Below are positions 29,041 to 38,828 of a stretch of 64,000 nt of DNA, piece after piece. The number at the start of each line of letters is the position of its first letter. The first letter of the stretch is position 1. The notes under the pieces are model-generated. The model was not told where the DNA came from. It saw only the letters and a list, made by a program, of their open reading frames with translations, and made no database searches. Made by a program: the position numbers and the translations under genes. The DNA is from Planctomycetota bacterium (lineage in GTDB: Bacteria > Planctomycetota > PLA2 > JAEUHO01): contig CBDCWP010000009.1 in NCBI GenBank assembly GCA_965223505.1, positions 13,233-77,232 on the forward strand, in the 5' to 3' direction.

Positions 29041-30873
29041 ATGACGGCGACCAGCACGTACATCCTCGGGATCAACGCCTACGATCACGACGTCAGTGCA
29101 TGCCTGCTTCGCGACGGTCGCGTCGTCGCGGCGATCTCGAAGGAGCGGCTGAACCGGATCAAGCATGCCGCCGGGTTCTACGGCGACCCGGTCCGCTACT
29201 GCCTCATTGCCGCCGGCATCGACCTCGACCGCGTGGACCTGATCGTTCGCAACTGCTACCTGCTGCCGGTCGAGGAGATGGAGGACATGCTCCGCGGGCG
29301 CGTGGACGCGCACCTGCTCGACCCCCTCGACCGCGCGGAAGCGGTCTCGTCGCCGATGTTCGGCGCCGGGCCGCCGCGCTACGTCACGTGCTCGCACCAC
29401 CTCGCGCACGCGTACAGCGCGTTCGCCGTCTCGCCGTTCGACTCCGGCGCCGTCATGGTCGTCGACGGAGTCGGCAGCTACCGGCAAGACGTCCTCGAGC
29501 CCGTGCCGGAGGCCTACGACACCCAGCCTCTCGCGCGCGAGGCGGAGTCGTACTACGCGTTCGAGGGCGGTGAGCTTCGAACGATCGAGAAGGTCTGGTT
29601 GCCCCCCACCAAGGGCTTCGTCAACGACGATTTCTTCACGCAGAAGGGCCTGGGCGCGCTGTACAGCCGGGTCTCGACCTACGTGTTCGGGCACTGGAAC
29701 CGGTGCGGCGAGGTCATGGGGTTGGCGTCGTACGGCACGCCCGGTCCGCGCCGGTTGATGGAGCTCGAGGACGGGCATCTGGTCGTGCATCCGTGGCCGA
29801 CGAGCGCGGAGCACCCCTTCACGGGCGAGACCGACGCGGAGTGGAACGAGAGCGGGCACCGCCGGCACTGGGAGGATCTGTGCGCGCAGGTGCAGCGTGA
29901 CACCGAGGAGATCCTGCTCGAGCGCGCGCGACGGCTGCACGCGTGCACGGGAAGCCCGAACCTCGTCATCGCCGGCGGCGTGGGCCTGAACTGCGTGGCG
30001 AATGGACGGATCCTGCGCGAGTCCCCCTTCGAGAACGTCTTCATCCAACCCGCCGCAGGCGACGACGGCGTCGCGATCGGCTGCGCCATGTACGGGCACC
30101 TGGCGCTGATGGGCGGCAGCCGAACCTACGTGATGAACCACGCCTATCTGGGCCGCTCCTACAGCGATGATCAGGTGAACGCGGCGACGGCGCAGGCGAT
30201 CGTGCGCGTCACCAGCGCGCGGCGCAAGGCCGATGACGTGGTGCGGGAGGCGGCGGATCTGCTCGCGGACGGCGGCGTGATCGGCTGGTTCCAAGGCGGC
30301 TCGGAGTTCGGCCCCCGCGCCCTCGGCCATCGGAGCATCCTGGCCGACCCGCGACAGCGGAAGATGACCGACCACGTGAACGAGCGCGTGAAGCACCGCC
30401 AGCCGTTCCGGCCCTTCGCGCCGCTCGTGCTTGCAGAGCGCGCGCACGAGCTCTTCGAGGGCGACGTCGTTTCCCCGTTCATGCTGCTCGCCTTCGACGT
30501 GAAGCCCGACGCGCGCGATCTCATCCCGGCAGTCGTCCATGTCGACGGAACGGCGCGCGTACAGACGGTTCGCAAGGAGGAGGAACCGCAGCTGCACGCC
30601 CTGATCTCGGCGTTCGCGGAGCGTACGGGCGTGCCGGTGCTGCTCAACACGTCGTTCAACGACCGCGGCGACCCGCTCGTGGAGACCCCCACCGACGCCG
30701 TCGAAACCTATCTCAAGACGGGGCTCGACGCGCTGGTCATCCACGATTGGATCCTTCGCAAGCGCGGCGCCTACCGGATGTTTCGACCGTTCGTCAAGGC
30801 CGCAGTCCGGCTCACCGAGTCGCTGCGCTTGGAGTCGTTGCGTTCGAGCGCCTTTCGGCGGATCAAGAAGTAG
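29041..30873 (+). CDS. O-carbamoyltransferase (NodU/CmcH/TobZ family)
   Basis: [65 protein letters not shown]. Confidence 0.92.
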   Translation: MTATSTYILGINAYDHDVSACLLRDGRVVAAISKERLNRIKHAAGFYGDPVRYCLIAAGIDLDRVDLIVRNCYLLPVEEMEDMLRGRVDAHLLDPLDRAEAVSSPMFGAGPPRYVTCSHHLAHAYSAFAVSPFDSGAVMVVDGVGSYRQDVLEPVPEAYDTQPLAREAESYYAFEGGELRTIEKVWLPPTKGFVNDDFFTQKGLGALYSRVSTYVFGHWNRCGEVMGLASYGTPGPRRLMELEDGHLVVHPWPTSAEHPFTGETDAEWNESGHRRHWEDLCAQVQRDTEEILLERARRLHACTGSPNLVIAGGVGLNCVANGRILRESPFENVFIQPAAGDDGVAIGCAMYGHLALMGGSRTYVMNHAYLGRSYSDDQVNAATAQAIVRVTSARRKADDVVREAADLLADGGVIGWFQGGSEFGPRALGHRSILADPRQRKMTDHVNERVKHRQPFRPFAPLVLAERAHELFEGDVVSPFMLLAFDVKPDARDLIPAVVHVDGTARVQTVRKEEEPQLHALISAFAERTGVPVLLNTSFNDRGDPLVETPTDAVETYLKTGLDALVIHDWILRKRGAYRMFRPFVKAAVRLTESLRLESLRSSAFRRIKK

Positions 30874-30888
30874 TTCCTTGCCTGGTTT

Positions 30889-31587
30889 CTAGGCCAGATC
30901 GAACAACAGGAACTCCGAACCTTCCTTGGCCTGGATCTTCAGCTTCTTCTCGTCGCTGATCGCGGCGCCGTCGCCCTCGTCCAGTCGCACGCCGTTCACG
31001 TCGAGCCGTCCGCTGGCGACCTGGATCCAGGCGTGCCGCTTCGGGGCGATCTCGTGCGTGACCACCTCGTCGGCCTTCAGGATCGACGCATACATGCTGA
31101 CGTCTTGATTGATCTGGATGCTGCCGTCGGTTCCCTTCCGGGAGGCAACCAGCTTGAGCTTGCCGCGCCGGTCCTTCTGCGGGATGGTCTTCTCCATGTA
31201 ACCCGGCTTCAGATTGCGCTTCTCGGGCAAGATCCAGATCTGCATAAGGTGCACGAGCTCTTTCTTCGACGGGTTGAACTCGCTGTGGCGGATGCCGCGT
31301 CCGGCGGACATGCGCTGCATCGTGTCGGGACGGATGACGCCCCCGTTGCCCTCGCTGTCCTTGTGCTCGAGCGCGCCCTCGAGGACGTACGTGATGATCT
31401 CCATGTCGTTGTGCGGGTGCATGGGGAAGCCCTTGCCCGCCTGGATCCAGTCCTCGTTCAGGACCCGGAGGTGTCGGAAGCCCATGTGGCGCTTGTCGTA
31501 GTAGCGCGCGAACGAAAAGGAGTAGCGGGTCGACAGCCAGCCGTACTCGGCGCGGCCTCGGTCGCGGGACTTGCGGACTCGAATCAT
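30889..31587 (-). CDS. Pirin-family protein (YhhW-like)
   Basis: LRVLNED, GFPMHPHNDMEI, HKDS, MSAGRGIRHSE, QIWI. Confidence 0.93.
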   Translation of the reverse strand: MIRVRKSRDRGRAEYGWLSTRYSFSFARYYDKRHMGFRHLRVLNEDWIQAGKGFPMHPHNDMEIITYVLEGALEHKDSEGNGGVIRPDTMQRMSAGRGIRHSEFNPSKKELVHLMQIWILPEKRNLKPGYMEKTIPQKDRRGKLKLVASRKGTDGSIQINQDVSMYASILKADEVVTHEIAPKRHAWIQVASGRLDVNGVRLDEGDGAAISDEKKLKIQAKEGSEFLLFDLA

Positions 31588-31605
31588 GGGGTGTCTCCAG
31601 CCGGG

Positions 31606-31634
31606 ATATTACTTGTTGCAACATCTAATGTCAA
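31606..31634 (-). promoter_or_regulatory. Sigma70 promoter of the pirin gene with overlapping palindromic operator
   Basis: Minus strand TTGACA-17 nt-TAATAT; palindrome ATTA-CT-TGTTGCAACA-TC-TAAT at 31608-31629. Confidence 0.8.
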
Positions 31635-31737
31635 GCATGGGCTGCGACTGGGGCTTTCGTCCGGCCCCACGGGGTGATCGGGCGCCCGAAAAACCCGACT
31701 TTGGGGGCAACACTTTCGCGGGGGGCGGCGTTTGTGA

Positions 31738-31840
31738 AGGGTGGCGACGGGAGACGCCGAGCCGCACGTCCGAGGCGGGCGGTGCGGAGCTCCCACTGCT
31801 AGGCCGGGTCTCCAAATGCGGGGGAGGCCCGGTCGTTTTC
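31738..31840 (+). ncRNA. Candidate small RNA (ECF-like promoter, internal stem-loop, intrinsic terminator)
   Basis: GGCAAC-17 nt-CGTTT at 31706-31733; GGGAG...CCGCAC...GTGCGG...CTCCC stem; plus-strand terminator; both neighbouring genes are on the minus strand. Confidence 0.4.
31802..31840 (+). terminator. Intrinsic terminator, plus strand
   Basis: GGCCGGGTCTCC / GGAGGCCCGGTC 12-bp stem with two G-U pairs, followed by GTTTTC. Confidence 0.6.
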
Positions 31841-31967
31841 TAGTTTCTGGCATCGCGCCGCCAAGACGATGGCGGCGCGTGCGCGAAGGGCCTTGCGCAA
31901 GAACGCGACACGTACCGGGGCGTGGCCGGGCGTACGTGGTGGCATCGCGCCGCGAAGACGAAACGCC

Positions 31968-32729
31968 CTACCCACGAAGCGCCTTGGCGATCGACGGAAG
32001 CACGTCGCCGCCGCGACCTCGCAAGGACCACCCCACGTGCTCGCTCGCGATCGTCGGCTCCGGGTTGACCTCGAGCGTCAGCTTCCCCATCCGGGCGGCA
32101 TACAACACGGGCTCGACGATGTAGGGAAACACCGCCGTCGTACCCGCGATGACCACGAGGTCCGGCGGGTCCGCGTAGAACGCCGACTGGACCTCCTGGA
32201 GCTTGCGGCCGTCGAGCATCTCGCCGAACAACACCACGTCGGGACGCAGATTGCCGCCGCACGCGTCACACCGGGGTACGCCGTCGATCGCGCGGATCGC
32301 GTCGGCTGAGAGCCGGTCGTGGGTGCGGCAGCTCATGCAGCGGGTCTCGTGGACGTTGCCGTGGATCTCGATCACCCGGCGCGATCCTGCTTCCAGATGC
32401 AGACCGTCCACATTCTGCGTCAGCAGGGTGAAGCGCGCGACCGACCGCTCGATCTCGGCCAGCGCGACGTGCGCCGGGTTGGGCGCCGCATCGACGGAGA
32501 GACGTGCGAGCGCCGCCACGACCTTCCAGGTCCGCGCCGGATCCCTCTGCAGCGTGGGGCCGCTCAACGCCTCGACGGTCCGATCGCCTTCTTCCTCGTC
32601 GTCGTACAAACCGCCCTTTCCGCGGTACGTCTGGATGCCCGACTCGGCCGACACGCCTGCCCCGGTGATCGCGCCGACGCTGCGAACCGATCCGAGCGCG
32701 GCGATCAGGTCGTCCGGAAGATCCATCAT
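31968..32729 (-). CDS. NAD-dependent deacylase (sirtuin)
   Basis: TGAGVSAESGIQTYRG, TQNVDGLH, HG, CxxC...CxxC, LRPDVVLFGE. Confidence 0.92.
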   Translation of the reverse strand: MMDLPDDLIAALGSVRSVGAITGAGVSAESGIQTYRGKGGLYDDEEEGDRTVEALSGPTLQRDPARTWKVVAALARLSVDAAPNPAHVALAEIERSVARFTLLTQNVDGLHLEAGSRRVIEIHGNVHETRCMSCRTHDRLSADAIRAIDGVPRCDACGGNLRPDVVLFGEMLDGRKLQEVQSAFYADPPDLVVIAGTTAVFPYIVEPVLYAARMGKLTLEVNPEPTIASEHVGWSLRGRGGDVLPSIAKALRG

Positions 32730-33850
32730 TGCGGCCCTCGGATCTTTCGTAGCGTCTCTCGCGCCGCGTCGCGCACGAGCGCGTCCAAATCGTCGTCATT
32801 CGCGATGCGCTCGATGCGTTCGATCATCTGCGCACGGTCGACGTCCAGCTCGTGCAGGGTCCGGGCCGCCATGAGCCGGTTGTGCGGGGTCTCGTGATCG
32901 AGGAGCCGGCGTAGCGCCGGAACGGCCTCGTTCCCGACGAGCTTCAGCGCCCAGTAGCCCATCGCAACCCGCTGTGACCGGCTCACGTGCGCCTCGAGCG
33001 CTGCGAGCGCGGGGCGCCCGACACTGCCGAGCGCCGTCGCCGCCCAGGAGCGTACGTTCGCGTCTTCCTCCGCGTCGATCCGCTCGATGAGCTCGTCGAC
33101 GGCCGGCGCGGCCATCGGCCCCATTCGACCGAGCGCCATCGCGGCGTAGGCGCGCACCTCGCGATCCTCGTCGCGAAGGGCCGTTCGAAGCGGGGTCACG
33201 ACGTGCTGGAACGGATAGTCGCCGTCGTCGGGCTGCGGCTCCATGTCGATGCGCGCGATCCCGTACGCGGCGGCGCGGCGCATGCGTACGTCCGCGTGGC
33301 CGAGCGCCGCGAGCAGCGTCGGCAGCAGCCGTTCGCCGCCTCGCGTTCGGGCCAGTGCCCGCAGTGCGTTGGCGGCGAGCAGTGCGGACTCCGACGCCGC
33401 GGCGTCTCGGAGCAGGCGCGCGCCCTCGTCGTCGACCGCGCGCAGCGAACCGATCGTCGTCGCCGCGGCGACGCGAACACGGCGCTGCGGGTGTACCGCA
33501 AGATGGACGAGACGCCCGAGCAACGGCGTGTCCGGCGCTCCGTAGTGATGAAGCGAAACCAGCGCCGCCCACTGCACCGCCGGCCGGTCGGTGTCGAGCG
33601 CCTCGAGAAGCATCGTGCGCCGCGCGTCGACGGCTTCCCGGGGCGGCAGCGACGCCTCAACGCGGGCCTGGACCGCCGAGGCGACGAACGTCTCGCTCTG
33701 GCCCGCCTCGAGGTCGGCCCACGCGCGGCGCGCCGCACGCTCGAACGCCGATTCCGGCTCCTTCGGCGCCTGCTGCGCCACGACGACGAGACCGATCGCG
33801 AGACCCGCACCCAGGAGCAGCAGACCCGTCCAGCGCACGCGAACGTCCAT
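32726..33850 (-). CDS. Membrane-anchored HEAT-repeat protein
   Basis: N-terminal TM helix; repeats such as ALRDEDREVRAYAAMALGRMG; overlaps both neighbours. Confidence 0.8.
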   Translation of the reverse strand: MDVRVRWTGLLLLGAGLAIGLVVVAQQAPKEPESAFERAARRAWADLEAGQSETFVASAVQARVEASLPPREAVDARRTMLLEALDTDRPAVQWAALVSLHHYGAPDTPLLGRLVHLAVHPQRRVRVAAATTIGSLRAVDDEGARLLRDAAASESALLAANALRALARTRGGERLLPTLLAALGHADVRMRRAAAYGIARIDMEPQPDDGDYPFQHVVTPLRTALRDEDREVRAYAAMALGRMGPMAAPAVDELIERIDAEEDANVRSWAATALGSVGRPALAALEAHVSRSQRVAMGYWALKLVGNEAVPALRRLLDHETPHNRLMAARTLHELDVDRAQMIERIERIANDDDLDALVRDAARETLRKIRGPQ

Positions 33851-35448
33851 CAGACGTCGGCGTCCGCGTGCTGGAAGGTCGATGCGTCTGCGCGGTCCCA
33901 CTCGCGCTGGAGAGTGGGATGCGCGTTCCCCTGCAGCAACGAACCGGACTCCTGATACGGATAGATGTCGCCGTAGTGCGCCGACACGCGCTCGCTCACG
34001 CGACGCCAGACGTGGTGTGGCTCGATCTGGTACGGCGCGTCGAGTCCCGCCGCGGCGATCAGCTCGAGCAGGCTCTCGATGGTGTCGTGGTGGTAGCGGA
34101 AAACCCGCGTGCCCTTGTCTTCGACGTCCAAGCCCGCGACGAGCGCCGGGTTCTGTGTCGTGATGCCGACCGGACAGTGGTTCGAGTTGCAACGAAGCGC
34201 CTGAATGCACCCCAGCGCGAGCATCATGCCGCGCGCGGACGCGCACAGGTCCGCGCCCATCGCCAGCGCGCGCACCACGTGGAAACCAGTGATGATCTTG
34301 CCGCTCGCGATCACGCGCACGCGATCCCGGAGACCCGCCGCCACGAGGGCGTTGTGAACGAACACGACGCCTTCCCGCATCGGCCAGCCCACGGAGTTGC
34401 TGAACTCGAGCGGCGCCGCGCCGGTGCCGCCCTCTCCGCCGTCGACGCTGATGAAGTCCGGCGCGATGTCCGTCTCCCGCATCGCCTTGCAGATGCTGAA
34501 GAACTCGACGCGGTCGCCGACGCAGAGCTTGAAGCCCACCGGCTTGCCGCCCGAGAGCTGGCGGAGCTTCTCGATGAACTCGAGCAGTCCCACCGGTGTG
34601 TCGAACACGCGGTGAGACGGCGGCGAGAGGACGTCCTTGCCCAGCGGCACGCCGCGAATCCTGGCGATTTCGGGGGTGACCTTGCGCGCGGGAAGGATGC
34701 CGCCGTGCCCGGGCTTCGCGCCTTGCGAGAGCTTCAGCTCCACCATCTTCACTTCGTCGCGACGGGCCTCCTCCCGATAGCGGCCGGGGTCGAAACCGCC
34801 GTCGTCTGAACGGCACCCGAAGTAGCCGGTGCCGATCTGCCAGATCAGGTCGCCCCCGTGCGAGAGGTGATAGGGACTGATGCCGCCCTCGCCGGTGTTG
34901 TGCGCGAACCCACCGGCCTTCGCGCCGCGATTGAGCGCTCGCACCGCCGCCTTGCTCAAGGAGCCGTAGCTCATCGCGGAGATGTTCAGATGCGACGCGT
35001 CGTAGGGCTTCGTGCATGCCTGGCCGCCGATCCGCACGCGCGGCTCATCGCCGGGCGGCGCCTTCGCCTGAAGCGAGTGACTGAGCCACTCGTAGCCCGG
35101 CTGGTACACGTCGAATTGCGTGCCGAACGGGACGGTCGAGAGCGCGCCCTTGGCGCGTTGATAGACGACCGTGCGAAAGACGCGGTTCAGCGGCCTTCCG
35201 TCCGTGTCGGACTCGATGAAGTACTGCTGAATCTCCGGACGGATCGACTCGAACACGTATCGGAAGCGACCGATCAGGGGCCAGTTCCGCAGCACCGTGC
35301 GCCGGCGTTGGAGCGCATCGTAGAGCCCCAGGAGGATCAAGGGGCCCAGGACGAGCAAGGACCAGAGGATCGGCGGCCAGAACGTCCAGGTCCATGCGAT
35401 CGCCGCGAGCACGACGACCACGGCGACGTAGAAAACGCGGCGGAACAT
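33850..35448 (-). CDS. FMN-binding glutamate synthase-family protein (membrane-anchored)
   Basis: Two N-terminal TM helices; SAMSYGSLS, NTGEGG, ELKLSQGAKPGHGG, DGGEGGTGAAP, CIQALRCNSNHCP. Confidence 0.92.
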   Translation of the reverse strand: MFRRVFYVAVVVVLAAIAWTWTFWPPILWSLLVLGPLILLGLYDALQRRRTVLRNWPLIGRFRYVFESIRPEIQQYFIESDTDGRPLNRVFRTVVYQRAKGALSTVPFGTQFDVYQPGYEWLSHSLQAKAPPGDEPRVRIGGQACTKPYDASHLNISAMSYGSLSKAAVRALNRGAKAGGFAHNTGEGGISPYHLSHGGDLIWQIGTGYFGCRSDDGGFDPGRYREEARRDEVKMVELKLSQGAKPGHGGILPARKVTPEIARIRGVPLGKDVLSPPSHRVFDTPVGLLEFIEKLRQLSGGKPVGFKLCVGDRVEFFSICKAMRETDIAPDFISVDGGEGGTGAAPLEFSNSVGWPMREGVVFVHNALVAAGLRDRVRVIASGKIITGFHVVRALAMGADLCASARGMMLALGCIQALRCNSNHCPVGITTQNPALVAGLDVEDKGTRVFRYHHDTIESLLELIAAAGLDAPYQIEPHHVWRRVSERVSAHYGDIYPYQESGSLLQGNAHPTLQREWDRADASTFQHADADV

Positions 35449-35499
35449 GCGCACAAGGTACGAGGAAGATCCGGCGCAAGCTCGCAGTACGCTGAGTCC

Positions 35500-36408
35500 A
35501 TGACGGCGCGGCCGCTGATCCTCCTCGTTGCGGTCCTGGCCGTTCTCACGGGCTGCCGAACCACCGTGCCGCAGGCACGCGCGCCGGAAGGGGTCCGGGC
35601 CGCCGAACCGCCCGCGTTGCGCGTCGCGGGCTACAACGCGTGGGTCCTCCCGCTCGCGTCCCTGGACTTGCGCGCGCGCCTGCGGCGCATGCCGAAGGCG
35701 CTCGCGGCCTTCGACCCGGACGTGATCTGCTTCCAGGAGATCTGGGCGCACGAGGAGGCGATCGCCGACGCGCTTCCCGCGCTCCCGCATGCCGCGACGG
35801 CCGGGGGCGGCTTGATGGTTCTCTCCCGCCATCCGATCGTCGCGCAGTCCTTCGTGCCGTTCCCGCGGTACGCCGGTCTCTCGCTGGTCGAGCGTCTCTC
35901 GGGCAAAGGCGTGCTGGACGTCGTCGTGCGCACACCCCGGGGCGACGTCCGGATCGTGAACAGCCATCTGTCGCTCGACCTGGACCGAGAGTCCGTGCCT
36001 CGTCGGGCGCAGCTCGACTTCCTGATCGGGCGCTTGAACGCGCGCCGCGATCTGCCGTTGGTCCTTTCCGCGGACCTGAACACGGCTTCGGTATACGACG
36101 GTGCACGATCACCCGAGTACCTGTCGCTCACGCACACCGCGAACTTGACCGACGCGAAACCACCCAAGCACCTGGGCGGAGAGCACTTCGACCCCGGACC
36201 GCCCACGCGCGTCGGGTGGCCGCGCACGTTCGAGGCGATCCTGTACGAATGGGCGCCCGACTACCTGATGTTCCGAAACGGAGCGGACACGTCGGTCCGT
36301 CTCGAGCTGCAGGCGTTCGAGCTGGCGCTTCACACCCCGCAAACGGCGCTTTCCGATCACAATCTCCTGGTCGGCACCTGGATCCTGCGTGGAAGCGAGA
36401 CGCCATGA
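35500..36408 (+). CDS. EEP-family phosphodiesterase lipoprotein (sphingomyelinase-like)
   Basis: Lipobox LTGC; YN, FQE, NSHL, ADLN, DY and SDH motifs intact. Confidence 0.8.
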   Translation: MTARPLILLVAVLAVLTGCRTTVPQARAPEGVRAAEPPALRVAGYNAWVLPLASLDLRARLRRMPKALAAFDPDVICFQEIWAHEEAIADALPALPHAATAGGGLMVLSRHPIVAQSFVPFPRYAGLSLVERLSGKGVLDVVVRTPRGDVRIVNSHLSLDLDRESVPRRAQLDFLIGRLNARRDLPLVLSADLNTASVYDGARSPEYLSLTHTANLTDAKPPKHLGGEHFDPGPPTRVGWPRTFEAILYEWAPDYLMFRNGADTSVRLELQAFELALHTPQTALSDHNLLVGTWILRGSETP

Positions 36409-37124
36409 GCACACCCGACCTCCCCCTGGACGACTTCGACGCCATCGTATTCTTCACGGGTGCGGGGCTCTCGGCCGAGAGCGGCGTGCCGACCTATCGC
36501 GGCAAGGGCGGAATCTGGGGCAGCTACGACTGGCAGGAGTACGCCTGCCAGCGGGCGTTCGACCGCGATCCGGACCGCGTCTGGGCGTTCCACGACGAGC
36601 GCCGGCGACGGCTCGGCGCGGCGCAGCCCTGTCCGGCCCATCGCATGATCGCGGAGGTGCAGCGCCGCAAGCCCGGGACGAAGATCGTCACCCAGAACAT
36701 CGACGGGCTGCATCAGCGCTCGGGCGCCGACGAGGTGATCGAGCTCCACGGCAGCATCTGGCGGCTGCGTTGCGAGTGCGCCGACTCCCCCCGCCACGAC
36801 GACGAGGTGCCGCTCGCCGAACGGCGCTGCGGAGCGTGCGGCGCGTGGCTGCGGCCGGACATCGTGTGGTTCGAGGACCCGATGCAGGTCGAGCCGTTGC
36901 GCGCCGCGGCCGCGGCGATCCAGAGCTGTGACCTCCTGATCAGCATCGGTACGTCGGGCGTCGTCTACCCCGCGGCCGAGCTGCCGCAGCTCGCCGTTCG
37001 CGGTGGCGCCATCTGCGTGGAGATCAACCCGGAGGCGACGCCGGTCTCGCAATGGTATTCCGTTCACATCCGCAAGGGCGCGAGCGAAGCCCTCGCCGGA
37101 CTCTGGCCGATGCTCAGCGACTGA
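36405..37124 (+). CDS. NAD-dependent deacylase (CobB-like sirtuin)
   Basis: TGAGLSAESGVPTYRG, TQNIDGLH, HGS, CEC...CGAC, GTSGVVYPAA; ATGA overlap with the upstream gene. Confidence 0.92.
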   Translation: MSTPDLPLDDFDAIVFFTGAGLSAESGVPTYRGKGGIWGSYDWQEYACQRAFDRDPDRVWAFHDERRRRLGAAQPCPAHRMIAEVQRRKPGTKIVTQNIDGLHQRSGADEVIELHGSIWRLRCECADSPRHDDEVPLAERRCGACGAWLRPDIVWFEDPMQVEPLRAAAAAIQSCDLLISIGTSGVVYPAAELPQLAVRGGAICVEINPEATPVSQWYSVHIRKGASEALAGLWPMLSD

Positions 37125-38286
37125 GGTAGCGCGCGGCGACCCCGGTCAGCATGCGCACGCCGATCGGCAACGCCGCTTCGTCGATGTCGAAGTACGGGGA
37201 GTGATGCGGGTGGACCTTGCCCGTCTCCTCGTTGCGCGAGCCGACGAAGAAGTAGCAGCCGGGCACTCGCGCCAGCACTTCGGAGAAGTCCTCGCCTCCC
37301 ATCGTGCGCTCGTCCACGATGTTCTCCGCGCCGACGACCTCCCGCGCCTCTTCGCGAACGAGCTCGGCCATGTCGGCATCGTTGACGGTCGGCCGGATCA
37401 TGCGGTCGAAATCGATCTCGGCCTCGCAGCCGCAGCTCTTGGCGGCGTGGTGCACGACCCGCTCGACGTGCTCCGGCGCCGCCGCCCACACGTCGTCGTC
37501 GAACGTCCGTACCGTGCCCGACAGCTCCACGTGCTGCGGGATGATGTTGAAATTGTCTCCGCCTTCGATGCGTCCGACGGTGACGACCGCCGATTTCAGC
37601 GGATGGACGTTGCGCGCCACGATCTGCTGGAGGCTCGTGATGACGTGCGCGGCGGCGAGGATGGGATCCTTCGCCTCGTGCGGCATCGCGCCGTGACCGC
37701 CCGATCCGACGATACGAATGGTGAACTCGTCGACCGACGCCATGAACGGCCCGTCCACGACGGCGACCTTGCCGACCGGCAGGTGGTTCCACAGGTGCAA
37801 CCCGAACGCCGCGTCCACCGTCGGGTCCTCGAGCACGCCGTCTTCGATCATCGCGAGCGCGCCGTTGCCGCCCTCTTCCGCCGGTTGGAACATCAGCTTG
37901 ATCGTGCCGCGCCGGGGCGGCTCGATGCGCTTGAGCACCCGCGCGGCCGTCAACGCGATGGCCGTGTGTCCGTCGTGGCCGCAGGCGTGCATGACGTTCG
38001 GGTGCATCGAGCGGTATTCGACCTCGTTGAGCTCTTGGAGCGGCAAGGCGTCCATGTCGGCGCGCAACAGCACGCAGGGGCCGGCCTCCGCCCCTTCGAG
38101 TGTGGTGACCACGCCCGTCTTGCCGATCCCGGTCGTCGTTGCGTAGCCGAGACCGTCCAATCGGTCGCGAACCAGCTGCGACGTGCGCGCCTCTTCGTAC
38201 TTGAGCTCCGGATGCATGTGGATGTCGCGGCGCGTGGCGATCAGCTCGTCGCGCTCTTCATCGGTGGGCGTGAGGACGTCCGGCAT
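37114..38286 (-). CDS. M20D amidohydrolase
   Basis: HMHPEL, RADMDALP, MHACGHDGH, FQPAEE, GEDF, HHSP. Confidence 0.92.
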   Translation of the reverse strand: MPDVLTPTDEERDELIATRRDIHMHPELKYEEARTSQLVRDRLDGLGYATTTGIGKTGVVTTLEGAEAGPCVLLRADMDALPLQELNEVEYRSMHPNVMHACGHDGHTAIALTAARVLKRIEPPRRGTIKLMFQPAEEGGNGALAMIEDGVLEDPTVDAAFGLHLWNHLPVGKVAVVDGPFMASVDEFTIRIVGSGGHGAMPHEAKDPILAAAHVITSLQQIVARNVHPLKSAVVTVGRIEGGDNFNIIPQHVELSGTVRTFDDDVWAAAPEHVERVVHHAAKSCGCEAEIDFDRMIRPTVNDADMAELVREEAREVVGAENIVDERTMGGEDFSEVLARVPGCYFFVGSRNEETGKVHPHHSPYFDIDEAALPIGVRMLTGVAARYLSR

Positions 38287-38309
38287 GGTGGGCTCCCGAG
38301 TTCGGCGCG

Positions 38310-38828
38310 TCAGGATAGCCGTTGGCGCGTCGGGCGCCGGAGCGGAAACGGCCGGGGCCGTGTGTCGGCGCGCACGTACAGAGGGTGGCGGGGCTGTCCG
38401 GCCGCCGTGAGGCCGAGGCAGGAGAGCTTCTGCAAGCCGAGTCGGCGCAGCAGAGCACGAACGGCCCGGTCACGTCCGTGCAGCGCGCCGTGGTTGCCCC
38501 ACGCGAGCAGCGTCGCATCCGCGGCGCGCATCGTCTCGCGCAACGCACGGTCGTTGCCCGGGCCGACCGGATCGTGAACCCGCCGCAGGCTCGCGGGCCG
38601 GTGGGCACGCCAGCCGAAGAGGTTCACGACGTCGAGGGCGCCGTAGCCCCAGCGCCGGGCGAAGTCGATGCAGCGGCGAATCGTCGGATCGTCACGTTCA
38701 CCATCGGCGGCGCTGGGGTTGAGCATCACGAACGCGATGCGCGACCCCGCCGCGTCCCAGGTGCGGCGAAGCCGGTAGCGATAGCGTCGCGATCGATCGA
38801 AGGATGCGGAGCGGTGGAGCCGCGTCAC
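38310..38828 (-). CDS. DUF1643 family protein
   Basis: YRYRLRRTW, MLNPSAAD..DDPTIRRC, VNLF, AWG, PRHPLY. Confidence 0.88.
   Translation of the reverse strand: MTRLHRSASFDRSRRYRYRLRRTWDAAGSRIAFVMLNPSAADGERDDPTIRRCIDFARRWGYGALDVVNLFGWRAHRPASLRRVHDPVGPGNDRALRETMRAADATLLAWGNHGALHGRDRAVRALLRRLGLQKLSCLGLTAAGQPRHPLYVRADTRPRPFPLRRPTRQRLS

Noticed and set aside
7274..37124. Sir2-HerA anti-phage system
   Set aside because: The HerA-like ATPase is more than 22 kb from the sirtuins, and both sirtuins are short zinc-binding CobB-like deacylases rather than defence-type SIR2 NADases.
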